From NCBI RefSeq assembly GCF_006345805.1, contig NC_042997.1, positions 95,418,001-95,482,000 on the forward strand: DNA of 64,000 bases, read 5' to 3'. The notes below the pieces were generated by a model. It was not told the origin of the DNA. It made no database searches and saw only the letters and a program-made list of their open reading frames with translations. Both the position numbers and the translations under genes were made by a program. This document shows positions 26,810-39,280 of the stretch, piece by piece (the first letter of the stretch is position 1; the number at the start of each line of letters is the position of its first letter). This DNA is from Octopus sinensis (Eukaryota).

Positions 26810-28635
26810 ATATATATAGAACAGTAACGCCGCAGATAATTTTAGTTAATGAGCTCTACTGAATCGAATTATTATTATTATTATTATAATTGTTATTATT
26901 TTGATCAATAATATGCGAATAAATTTAGAATCATAATAACATGTTTCAAACTAAGAATTTTATCTTTACATGTTGCTAAACAATACGTTTTTAATGAACT
27001 TCTTTCGACCCATGTAAATGGACAATGAAATAAAACTATCAGTACAGCTGAAACATTGAACTCTTGCTAAATCAGACGATAAATGTGACTCAATCGTTCA
27101 TTAGAGCGGCTTTCTGAGTTCTTACTGTACGATTTCCCCTGGTGATATTATGTGGCTTCTTTGAAAATAAAATCTGCTGCAACGTACGGCACCAGTGTTT
27201 GATGTTTATACATTTTATAGTTAACAATTGCATTTAATAATTAATTTCAATTATGAAATTAACGTGACTATGAAGATACATTCAACATTTTTTTGTTTGT
27301 TGTTACATAGTTTTGATTAAAAGAATAAAAAAAAGTATTAATTGCAATTTTCAAATATTTGTTAATAGCCGCGTACTGTTTAATAGATTTAAAGCAGCGT
27401 AAATAAAAATATTGAAGTTTGGTGACATTTCCCAAGATACAAAATTAGTGTCTTTATTTAAACAAAGCACAATGCGGTTCTGATTACTTTCATATTCAAC
27501 AATTTTCTATATGTATTGATTTCCGTACGTTAGTTCATATACTTGCATCAATCAATATCGTAATAAGTGTTTGTCTAAAAATGTGTTAAATTGTACGTAA
27601 TGCTCTTTATGTGAGAATATTTTATAGCTATGAAAATTCTGAATACTGAAGTTATATAACTTCTGCTTGATAATTCTTCAGAAAATTCTTATTTATATCT
27701 GTGATAACAATTCTATTCTATGCTATGTCATTTCGTGCAACTTCTAGAGTTGATGTCATATACTAAACCGAACCAAGATTAATCTTTATATTCATGTGAA
27801 CAGTAGAATACTATTCACATCCTTTCATTTATTATATCTAATCAATCTAATTTTACCTCAACACCCCTTTATATCTGGGAGTATGATGGAATAGTGGTAT
27901 TAATATTTCATGCCGAGAATAAACAATATTTTAAATTAAACAAAAGAAAGGACGAGTTCGAGAATTTTGAACTAGCTACCATAAATGTGCTCAGTATCAT
28001 ACTTCAGATCACACACATAAAAAAAGAAAGAAAATCACATTTGCTTTCTGCGATTCAAAGCAATTTACTGATTGATTTTACTTTGCCAAGATATGTGGAA
28101 GTTTAAGAATTGTTTCTGACAGACAAAAATGTGAGAGAAATATTTAAAAATCTTTAACTGCACACTGTCTAATGAATGAAGTCGGAAAATTTGAAACCCT
28201 ATCAATAAATTGTATAGCTTGATAACCACGAGATATTCCAAGCAAATACTCATATAATATTCAAACATCGATGAAACATGTAAATATACAGAAACTTACA
28301 ATTAGTTTTTATGTCTTTGAATTGATGTAGTATACCAATTGTTGCATTTACCTTTTGCTTTCACTTCCCCCTACCCACAAGAATATCAGAACATAATTAT
28401 TGCTTCACATACGTTTTACAGTTAGCCTACGAACTCACATGAAATTGATTAAAATACAATTAAAAATAAAATGGACGAACCAACAGGGGACATCAAACTT
28501 ACCGCTTTATCTGCCAAGGTTCTCTCTAGTGGAAACCGAACTATCTTACAAAAGGAATTGTCACAATTGACACTATAACAACGGAATGTAATATGGCTGA
28601 TGCTGAAGTGCAGCATTATGAATACTCATATTCCA

Positions 28636-28762
28636 TCGAGGTCGACTTTGCCTTTCAACCTTTTAGGGTCGATGAAATAAGTACGAGTTACTCACTGCGG
28701 ACGATGAAATCGACTATCCCCTCACCCAAATTCCAGGCCTTGTGCTTATAGTAGAAAGGCTT
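28636..28762 (+). mobile_element. SINE central/3' domain fragment
   Basis: GAGGTCGACTTTGCCTTTC..GGTCGAT.AAATAAGTAC matches the copy at 52684-52907 in reverse complement. Confidence 0.65.
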
Positions 28763-29277
28763 ATGAATACTCTAATATATTTTACTCAGCTTCCTAATCC
28801 CCTGCAGCAAACCTGGATTAGAAGAAAAAAATGCTTTACCACTTTTAGATATGGGTTTATTGATTGAAAAATATATAATGTTTCAATGTAGACAGCTGAA
28901 ATTACGTATATGCCGTAAATCAAATTCGTAATTTTAAACTGGAAAAGATAAGAATTGCCGTATGAAAAATTTCGGCCCATAACCATAAAAATTAATCAAA
29001 TGTGTACACCTTATTAATGAAAAACACACACACACAAACAGACATACACACACAAATGTATATGTGTGTGTATGCGAATGTGTGTACATGTGTGTGTTTG
29101 TGTAAGTGCCCGTGCTTGCGTCTGCGTGTGCGTGCGCGTAATTGTGTAATGTATGCCCATAGAAAGGGAGGACATACAGTGGCATTTGGTATGGTTCACG
29201 CCATTCTGTTCTTTTCGCTTTCTTGAGAGGAGTATCTTCTTTGTGTAGATATTTTCTCTTGATCTTGTGAAAGATAA

Positions 29278-29441
29278 GGCTTAGGAGTTGCTGTGTGGTA
29301 AGTAACTTGCATACCAACCACATGGTTCCGGATTCAGTCCAACTGCGTGGCACCTTGGGCAGGTGTCTTCTAATATCGCCTTGGGCCGACCAAAGCTTTG
29401 TGAGTGGACTTCGTAGACGGAAACTGAAAGAAGCCCGTCGT

Positions 29442-29484
<43 letters not shown>

Positions 29485-29700
29485 TGTGTGTATATGTTTG
29501 TGTGTCTGTGTTTGTCCCCCAACACCGCTTGACAACAGATGCTGGTGTGTTTAGATCCCCGTAACATAGCGGTTCGGCAAAAAGAGACCGATAGAATAAG
29601 TACTAGGCTTACAACGAATAAGTCCTGGGGTCGATTTGCTCAACTAAATGCGGTGCTCCAGCATGGCAACAGTAAAATGACTGAAACAAGTAAAACAGTA
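29278..29700 (+). mobile_element. tRNA-derived SINE with internal (TA)n
   Basis: Pol III-like head (GCTGTGTGGTAAG..GGATTCAGTCC), body, internal TA run, and a 3' AATAAGTAC..GGGGTCGAT..GACTGAAACAAGTAAAA end. Confidence 0.75.
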
Positions 29701-29954
29701 AAAGAGAGTAAGAATAAAATAATTTGTCTAAAACTAGCAAAATCACAAGCTTTGTTTTTTCATCTCCCATATATGTTCTCTGGATTTTATAAACCTATCT
29801 ATATGGAACAGTTTTCAAGATTTCTATTTCTATTTCTATAGCAAGAAATTTAGCTGGACAGATCGAGTTGTAAGCTACGTATATTTCAATTAATAATTAT
29901 AATTTAATTCCTTTCAGGTATTGATATAATCATGAATTGATGGAAAAAAGGAGT

Positions 29955-30098
29955 AAGGGATTATATCGATGCCAGTGTGCATCAAATACTTCACTTATTG
30001 AATTCGACAGGATGAAAAACAAACTCGACCTCGGCAGAGTTTGAAATCAGTAAATAAAGACAGAGGAAATGCCCCTAAGGTAATTTCTCCGGCGTGCC

Positions 30099-30100
<2 letters not shown>
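29955..30100 (-). mobile_element. Decayed SINE (family of 52684-52907)
   Basis: GGATGAAAAACAAACTCGACCTCGGCAGAGTTTGAA..CCGGCGTGC matches that family. Confidence 0.55.
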
Positions 30101-30156
<56 letters not shown>

Positions 30157-30239
30157 GCCCTGATGCAGTACCAACCAGGCAGTGACTCTCGTGGCTTCTC
30201 ATCTTAACTGATTGGAAGAGTTATCATGTACGCTGCAGG

Positions 30240-30880
30240 GAAAGGGGCGATTTTTATGCGGTACTAGATGAAGAATGCGATGTAGGTATTCGCCACCTTC
30301 ACACGATCCTTCAAGTACCATTTCCTCTAAGTCCATTTCTGCGTGAGACTGGCCACCCTGATTCTCACTTCACTCTATGTCCACCTCGAGGCCCGGACTA
30401 CACCATACCCTAGCAAATAAATTGGCCCCTCCATCCATCACTCGACGAAGAAGCTCTAGGATGAGAGAGACATGCAAATCCAGGTGCCGAGGCTGCAGGT
30501 CGCCGATTTCCCAAGGTTAATCTTTGCTCCTCACCGCTGCTTCGTACTCACATATAGTAATTCCATTCACCTCAATTTTCGAAATATCCGACACAAATAG
30601 AGTGATGTCATCGCGTAAGTAGACACAAATCTCAAAACTTCTAGTTCATATGGGACATCCAAGGAAACATTCAGCTTTCGTAGCAATGACTCAAATGTCA
30701 GCACGTACAGAAAGAGCGAGAGCGGGTGTCCTTCACGAACCGTACGTGTGATGCTAAACGATTGCTTGAGGTGATTATTTACTTTGACCACTGCCTGTAC
30801 ATTGTACCGATCCTACCTTTGAAAAGGGGGACAAAAAGTGGCTGCCGCGAGTACAGCTCCCAATTATTGGTATCCTTGCT
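30240..30880 (-). pseudogene. L1/Tx1-like RT fragment
   Basis: VKVNNHLKQSFSITRTVREGHPLSLFLYVLTFESLLRKL resembles V.VNG.LS..F...R.VRQGCPLSPLL..L..EPL..L. Confidence 0.65.
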
Positions 30881-30899
30881 ATTCCGTCGTTATATAAAT

Positions 30900-32580
30900 G
30901 TCCAACAATTCTTTGAACAAATAGTTTAACTCCAATTCAGATCGATTTTACCAAAAACGTGGTAAAAGTAAAATAGATATCAATGGAACTCTAGAAGCAG
31001 AAATAATGGGAAAATGTTTGGAAAGAACTATGGGTAGCGAATTTACTGTTACAGTAAAGATAAAATAAAACAATAAACACAGCACCTGAACAACTCTAGA
31101 CACAGAACACATAACAACTGGCAAGATAACCCAGTTACTCCAAAATATTAAACAACTGCAAACAAGCAGAGCACAACTAGACGCCTAATTGTAGGCTGAA
31201 ATATTTGATTGGGATACACAATGTACTGGAGGAGTAGATTCATGAGAGGCTAACGGAACCAGAGGAAACCACTATATGGCTCGCAGAAGGAAAAATCATC
31301 ATAATTCCCAAATCTTCTGAAAGTACAAACCCACAAAACTACTAACTTATAATTTATATCTCTGTAACATACAAAGCCTTAATTGCAAAGCTATTCAGCG
31401 AATAACTAGACATCTGCTGCAAAAGCTAATATGGTTGTAAATACCAGTTATTGATCAATAACTCCTAACTGAAGACTGGCGAAAGAAAAATACGTGTCTA
31501 AGTTGGTCTTGGATACATTACCGTAAAGCTTTTGACAGTATTCCGCACACATGGATCCTGGAAACAATAACCGTGAACAAGATAGCTCCAACAATAATAA
31601 AATATATAATACTTGTCTTGAATAATGGCAAACAGGTCTACAGCTACAGACAAATAGGGGATTATAACAACAAAAGCCATCTACGTTAGAGGAGGAATAA
31701 TCTAAGAAGACTTCATGTCTACACTCCTTTTCTGTCTGACACTGACATGCAGAACAGGTTGTTGATATAACTGTCATGCCAAAACAATCAACTGTCACTT
31801 GTCTATGGATAATATCAAGCTGTATGCTGCGAATGATAACTAACTGGAAACTGAGAACAGTCAGTGCATTATTTTGCCAAAGACAATTACGAAATTTAGC
31901 TTCACAAACTGTGCCAAATCAACCTTAGAAAGAGAGAAGAGGAATAGGAGGGAAGAATAATAATATCAGACGAGAGAAAAAATGAAATAAGGCAACTAGA
32001 CTAAACCTAGATATACAAAAACTTAGGAATCAATGAACTAAATACGGTTCAGGATACAGAAATGAAAAAAGATATCTAAGGAATAATATCGACGAGTTAG
32101 ATAAGTATTTAAAACTTACTTCAATACGAAAAATCGGTATCATTATTCAAGCAGTACCTGTTGTATGTTATAGTTGCAATATTCCTAATTGGACACTAAA
32201 TGAACTAGGCAAACCTGATAACAACAAAAATAATGACGGGATTTAGAATGCACTACCCGAAATCTGTCATATATCTATATATATGTATGTATACACACTG
32301 CGAACTGAAGATGGTAGAGACCTAGTACAATGAGAAAATTACTATAAAATACCATCATAAGTTTATAGTAGCATCTAACTCATAACTAAGGAAAGGAATA
32401 CAAATGTGTATGAGTAAAACAGTGAAACTGAAAGGAAGCATAAAAATAGAAGAGGTCATAATATCTGACAACTATGAACAAAAAGAAGAAACCAGAAACT
32501 CTCTAAAGCAACTAACACCCAAGCTAAAACCGAAGCTACAAAATACAGTCGTAAAACAAAGGCAAGATAAAATACTATGA
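30900..32580 (+). pseudogene. Heavily decayed R4/Dong LINE
   Basis: Fragments AFDSIPHTWILET, MDNIKLYA, KCAKST, YKNLGINE and MHYPKS, with many stops. Confidence 0.8.
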
Positions 32581-35084
32581 TAAAACGATATTAAAAGATG
32601 CATAGCAAATATTATTTGTTACACAATATGCCGTGCTAAAAATTGAATTTGAATTAGGTTTTAGCAATTTCTATTTAGAACATATTTCGTTACTTATTTT
32701 TTGAGGATATGCTATAAAAACTTACTGCTATTTATTGTCCGAAATCCGCCTTATACAGCCGTTGCATGCATATATCGAGTAAGAAATGCAGGTATTATAT
32801 TTGTTATTTTAACTAACTTGACGATAGGAACATAGTTTATACACTAATGTAAGGAGGGAAGATAAACAATTTTATTGAACGGATATGGGATACGACCCCA
32901 TTAAAATGTAATATTCAGAAGTGCCATGATTTCTGTTGGGGTTATTTTCATACAAATCAATCGAATATGTGAAAAGTGGTTGGTGTGGGACACATGGTTG
33001 CTTGATAGCTATTATAGCACTTTATTATGATACGTTTTAAATCTTGAACTTTTATTTGAAAATATATGGATTTATATTGAAATCATAATGTAGATCATCA
33101 TCAAATGAAACATTATAATGTATAAATTCTATCTCTTTACTAAAGACAATATTGGACTTGCATTTTAGTATAAATAAGCAACTTAGAAGGAAAATAAAAT
33201 ACAAGGAAGCACTAATGACACTTATGAGGAAAAGATTGTTATCGAAAAACACTCATTCATGCATCTGTTAATAATTTGAAGTATTTTGATGTTCCAGAAT
33301 ACAAAAAGGTCAATGTTCAATAACTCTTTATTGTAAATGCTGGAAAGATAAAAAAAAGTAATACATAGTAATGGCCATGCAAAATATGTAAAGACATTAG
33401 TAAAATAAATTTGTTTCCTTTGAAGTAGAGAAATATGTAAAAATAAATCAAGCAGTTAGCTGCCGACATACGGATAATCAAATTTCTGCCAAGAAATGTA
33501 CTCTGAACGTTTATCATGTTTTCAACTACATTTTACCCAAAGTAATGTAAATTTTAGTCAACAAGTTTCCTCCAGTTTTGAAATACTAACATTCTAAGCA
33601 GTTATTTTCTCATGGCTTCGTTAGAAGCCAATTTGTTTTTTGCTGTATGGAACGAATTGCGTCAATCACAAAAGGAAAAATAAATATAGCTGTATTTTTA
33701 AAAACTGTCTTCCCGATGCATACAGCGCTGAATTGTATCTCTTAGCAACCAAATATATTAAAAGAATAACATTTCTTATCCATCAAAACAGCATAATTAC
33801 TTCAAGTGTTTGCTAAATATAAGCGCCTGAACATACAAGCCGAAACTTTAGCAATTCGGATATTCGGAATATGCATGTATCTGCTGCATTGATTTATTCT
33901 CTACATAACCGTAGCCATCCAAAACACGGCTAATATATTTTAGACCTATTATTGCGCATGCTCTCGAGATATACGTTCTGTAAAATGCAATATCATATTC
34001 ATCCCATAGGGATAGGTTAACCTCACTAGCATGACAATATGAAGCTTAAAGATATGTAATATACGTTTAATACAGACAGCATTTAATCAATGTTATTAAA
34101 TGACATTTTGTGTAAATGACATTATTTATAGTCTCTCATTATCGATTTATTCAGTAACGAATCGTGGAATTCATAGTAATGTGCAAATGCTTTAGGAATT
34201 GATTAAAAAGCGTTTTCAATTTGCTTTCATGCTCTGCAGGTTTTTCCTAATGTAAATATAACATACTATTAAAATAATACAAGTGTAACCGATGCATCGT
34301 TTGTAATGAAATACGCTTCCGTGAGGTTGAACGTGAGATACGTAAATAATTCTTTTTAGAATCTCTTTGCGGTTACGAAAGTTGTTTGTCTCATTTGGAA
34401 AAATAAGAAAACCTTCGTCTCTGCGCGACTTTAGATTTCAGCTAAATAACGATGCGCCCAGCCAAGCCTTTCACAGAATGTAAATGCAGAGAGCACATAT
34501 AAACAATCGTCTGTACACCTTACTTGCAGACAGAAAACGTCAGGTGCATGCTTTTTGAGAAAACAAATATTGGACTAGTAATCATCAAATATTAAATCAG
34601 TTAAACTGGTTACAAACTGATTCATTCAAACCTATTAGTGGGTGGAAGAAGTTAGTGGTCTTCTCTGAGGAGTATTATTTTAATTTTTATAAAACCTAAT
34701 TACCGTAGATAACACCATGCACAACCCACTACACAGTAAACAGGTAACGTTCATTCTTTTTACAAGTAAATATTTCAGCATACGGCAAAATTTTAAAATA
34801 CCAATGCTCGTAAACAGACACATGTCTACTTTTCAGTATATTAAAACACTTCAGGAACAGAAAATTTCCTTACATGGCGTTACACAGAGAAGTAACAAAG
34901 ATGATGATATTTAAATATATTTTACGCTAAAATAACTCGCGGAGTTATTCTAATAACGCTCACAATTAAAGTATGCTAGAGTTGTATTTATAATGTTATG
35001 TTATAAAGTTATTTATGATGTTATTTAAATATATTTCCTGATTAGTATCACACGGGCAATTATTCTAAGAATTTTTTTTTATTT

Positions 35085-35381
35085 ATGCGCCCTTTTCAAG
35101 CCTAGCCAGGCCCATGGGCCCGGTTTCTGTGGCATATGTATTCCGCACGGCTGGGCGGGACGTCAGTTCATCGCAACGTTACTCAAGAAACAGGAAGAAA
35201 GAGTGAGTGAAAGTTGGGTCGAAAGAGTGCAACAGGAGTCGCCACCAGCCCCTTCCGGAGCCTCGTGGAGCTTTAGGTGTTTTCGCTCAATAAACACACA
35301 CAACGCTCGGTCTGGGAATCGAAACCGCGATCCTCCGACCGCGAGTCCGCTGTCCTAACCACTGGGCCTTTGCGCCTCCAC
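35085..35381 (-). mobile_element. tRNA-derived SINE (OR-type)
   Basis: A/B boxes in reverse complement (GGCCCAGTGGTTAG; GGTTTCGATTCC). Approximate TSD TATTCTAA(G/T)AAT. Confidence 0.85.
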
Positions 35382-36429
35382 TATTCTAATAATGCTTATA
35401 ATTAAATTTTACTGATATTGTGAGTAATCTTAAATCGTCAATACAATTGTAAGAATAACTGTAAAGTACAAAAGTTTGTCATTATGCTTTGTGTTATAGG
35501 AGGAAATTGATTCAGACAGAAGAAATGCGATTAAAATTCTTAATCAAAGATCTCTATGTAATGTGCAGACAAATGGGCACTCAGTAAGTCTGAGTATATA
35601 GGATTGATACTCTATACACTTATATTTAAACGCATCCACGTTCCTCAAACTTTCTGGTAGTATTGCTAGATTCCAAACAATTAAGCATTCATAAATATTT
35701 ATTTATTGTAAAATTTTATTGCAGCGAATTGACATAGTAAACTAATCAATGTCTTATCCTTTCTTAAATACTTCAAATTGGTTTCAAATTAGGAAAAACG
35801 CGAAAATATTTACGTTACGTTAATTCATTATTTAGCACATTCAGACTTCCGTTTATCAACTTGAACGTTATATCTGCACATCAATGTGATAGCTTAAGCA
35901 GGATTTTCAGAAGCTTCGCAGAACCACGCAAGCCATTTCTTTCGAAGTTCTCATTTTTTGTTCATTCGAAATCCACCAGCATGGGGCAATACATTTTTCA
36001 ATAAAATCTATTAGACGTGTGGCTGTCAAAACTTAAAGATAAAAACAATAAACATCATACGGTATCTTGTCCGATCCTCAAACAGTTTCAATCACTAAAT
36101 CTTATAATAATACTGCTTGCGTTACTTAACCCGTCGGTAACGCTTTCACGCAATTAAAGAAAAAGAGGGGGAAAGAAAATAGGGAGAGACAAACGAGGGA
36201 GAGAGAAGCGTCCATGATGTGAGGTAATGATATAGAGGAGAGTTATGAATATAATTTTAGCAGAGGGGGGATGTTCTGATGATGAGATTAAGGAAAGGCA
36301 GAGAAAAAGAAAAAAAGAGAGAGAGATGGGGGAATAAGAGGGGTGTTGGTGGTGCTGGTGGCGATATCGCATGCACAGTGAAAAGTAATTTTTTAAAATA
36401 GTTTTTATATCATCTATCACTTAACGAAT

Positions 36430-36660
36430 GCGCACCTCAAACTTTCCATACATTTTAGAAAGAAACTAGTTTCCCCTTCGCCTGTCATCTGCAATGGCTA
36501 TCAATAAACTACAAAGGCAGACATTTGATGAAGTGAGGCTATTCTTGCCTAAACCTCTGTTCGGCGATGTAGGAGTGAATTTTCTCAACAATCACAAACA
36601 AGAGAAAAGCAGAGAGAGAACTTACACGAAGAACATTACCTATACTGGTTTGAAAGGTGT
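36430..36660 (+). pseudogene. Helitron PIF1-helicase C-terminal remnant
   Basis: ..ILERN*FPLRLSSAMAINKLQRQTFDEVRLFLPKPLF..YTKNITY matches R.QFPLRLAFAMTINKSQGQT...VG..L..PVF..T.NIVY. Confidence 0.8.
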
Positions 36661-36853
36661 GCGCAAGTTAAAGTGTACGCAATGTGAAATTTGTATGGGC
36701 TCGCCTGATTTGTCTTATAAGTTATTAACGATGTGCTTTTCAGAGTATGCCATGCTGCATTAAATTTTCACTTTCTTTGAAACTGTGACCCCTAAATTTT
36801 ACATATAAAATTAATTATTTACTATATTTTTTTGTTTTCTAGATATGATATTG

Positions 36854-37160
36854 CGGAGGCGCAATGACCCAGTGGTTAGGGCAGCAGACTCGCAGTCGGG
36901 GGATCGCGGTTTCGACTCCCAGACCGGACGTTGTGTGTGCTTATTGAGCGAAAACACCTAAAGATCCACGAGGCTCCGGCAGAGAGTGGTGATGACCCCT
37001 GTTGTACTCTTTCTTCCGGTTTCTTGAGTAACGCAGCGATGGACTGGCGTTCCGTCCAGATGTGGGGAACAGCTGGACGGGAACACATACGCTATAGAAA
37101 CCGGGAAACCGGGCCCATGAGCCTAGCTAGGCTTAAAAAGGGCGCATAAATAATAAAAAC
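36854..37160 (+). mobile_element. tRNA-derived SINE (OR-type)
   Basis: GGAGGCGCAATGACCCAGTGGTTAGGGC..GGTTTCGACTCC head and A-rich tail. Exact 13-bp TSD AGATATGATATTG (36841-36853 / 37162-37174). Confidence 0.9.
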
Positions 37161-37689
37161 AAGATATGATATTGTGACCATGTAAATTTTAAAATGTAGT
37201 TTTTTCTGTTTATAGGGAACATTGAAAAATTAGAGTGCTGTTTATCAAATCTATGAAATTGTGCATAAAGTATATATAAGCGCATTGAATAATCATCGTA
37301 CTCCAATCACCTTCACTTTTCAATGAATAACAGATGAGCAACTATCTTTTGATATACACAACACAGGCTACGCTTTTAAGACTTTTGGATAAAATGTTCA
37401 GGAATAACCTAACAGGTTTCCTATTAATTCCGGGAAATATTCATGGGTCCCACCAGTCACAGATTAATGTAAATTATCAACCTTGAAATGATGCAGTGCA
37501 CTTTTTTCCGGTTGGATTTGAACATGAAATGCCGATAGAATTCCGCGATTTATTCTTTCAAACATTCATCCCTTCTATTTTATTAAACTCTAATCTACAT
37601 TGTTAAACTATAAATCTGAATTAAATCAAACAGAAAACAGTAACGTAAGAATTGTAGAGAAATTTTATAAATGATCTAGACAGCCCATG

Positions 37690-39280
37690 ATCCATTGGGT
37701 CACCAGTAGTTCAAGGAACCCGAAATACGGCGCAACCCGTGGTCCGATTTACGCGAAAATTGTGTTATTCCGTTTGTATTCACATTTCAATGGCACCTTT
37801 ACTTTCAAAGCATTTCTCTCCTTATACGCCAGGTACTCGAAAAAGACATGTATCTCAGTAATCCGTGGTCGGACTTACGCGAAACGTGTTTTACTCCGTT
37901 TGTATTCAGATGAGCATCCTATTCATGATATCTCTTGCCTTTGTTGCTCCCTTGTTTCACCTGATCTTTCCCGCTTCTGTCCCTCTCCCTCTGTTCTGCC
38001 AGACACTCAGCCCTCTCCCAATTTTGGGTAAATATTTCGCACAGGTCCGTTTCGTACTTGGGTGCGAAATTATTTTTTGCACAGGTTTTTTTCTTGTGCA
38101 TTCAACGTTTCTCACCTTCAAACCACTCTCTTACAGAAAAGAAAGGGGGAGAGGTACCTCGGAGTTTCCCGAGAAACCCTTTTTCCACCAACGGAGTTTT
38201 GTTTCGCGGGGTTTTTTTCTTTACCAGGTAATTTCGCATGCTTTCATCGAATGAATCATCGAAATCACTGTTATTTTCGGAGTATTTTCTTATTATGCCC
38301 AGTTTTGGGTGTTTAGGAATACCCCAAAGCCACCATCATATCTTAGGAATCTGTGGTCCGATTTACGCAAAACTTATTTTTTCTGTTCTATTTACATTTC
38401 AGGAGCCCTTAACTTATATTATTTTCCCATTATTCGCCACTTTGGCTGTATTAAATGACAGAGAAGCAAGCATGCATTCACAGAGTTTTGGTACTATACA
38501 AGACTAACTGTTGTCTGTTTGGTTACCAGTAGTTCTAGGTACTCTAAAAAAACCCGCGTATCTCTAGAATCCATTGACTGGTTCACACGAAATGGGTTAT
38601 TCCGTTTGTATTCAAGTTTGAATGGTACCTTACTTTCAAAGAATGGTTACCATTATACGCCGGTTTGGTTATTTATAAAAGTACCTGGAAAAGCCGAGTA
38701 TCTCGGTAACCCGTGGTCCAATTTATGCGAAACTTGTTTTATTCCGCTTGTATTCGCAAGAGCATCCGATTCATGATATCACTTGCTTTTGTCTATTTCC
38801 TGTTTCACAAGACACTCAGCTCTCGAAGCATCCGATTTCTATCTCCTGTTTCTGTCTCTCTGTTTCTGTTCACATCAAGAATGTCGCAACACGAATAGAT
38901 AAACGAAAATAAAAACATTTACTGTAAAAAACAACTGGTACTTTTTCGTTGGCAATTTAAAGTTACTAAGTATTTTACTCAAACTATAGAAACCATTAGT
39001 CATAATGTATGTAATGGAAAGGTTATGGTTTCTTCCCTTTTATGATGATGTTATTTCCGGAGCACTTCCTATTATGAACCGTTGTGGGTAATGATAAAGT
39101 GCTGAACCCCACTCTATATCTTACTACTCCGTGGTCCAATTTACACGAAACGTGTTTTGATCCGTTTGCATCGACATTTCAGAGGTACCTTAAGTCATAG
39201 TATTTTCACATTATTCGCCAGTTTGGCTGTATTAAATGACAGACAAGCTTGCTAAGCAATAAGTTTTAGTAGTATATAGA
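37690..39280 (+). repeat. Diverged complex tandem repeat with motif CCGTGGTCCGATTTACGCGAAAC..TTCCGTTTGTATTC
   Basis: Motif copies near 37737, 37863, 38351, 38575, 38711 and 39130. Confidence 0.75.

Noticed and set aside
37690-39280. CRISPR-like repeat/spacer array
   Set aside because: Eukaryotic context, irregular spacing, degenerate repeats, mutually similar spacers and no cas genes.
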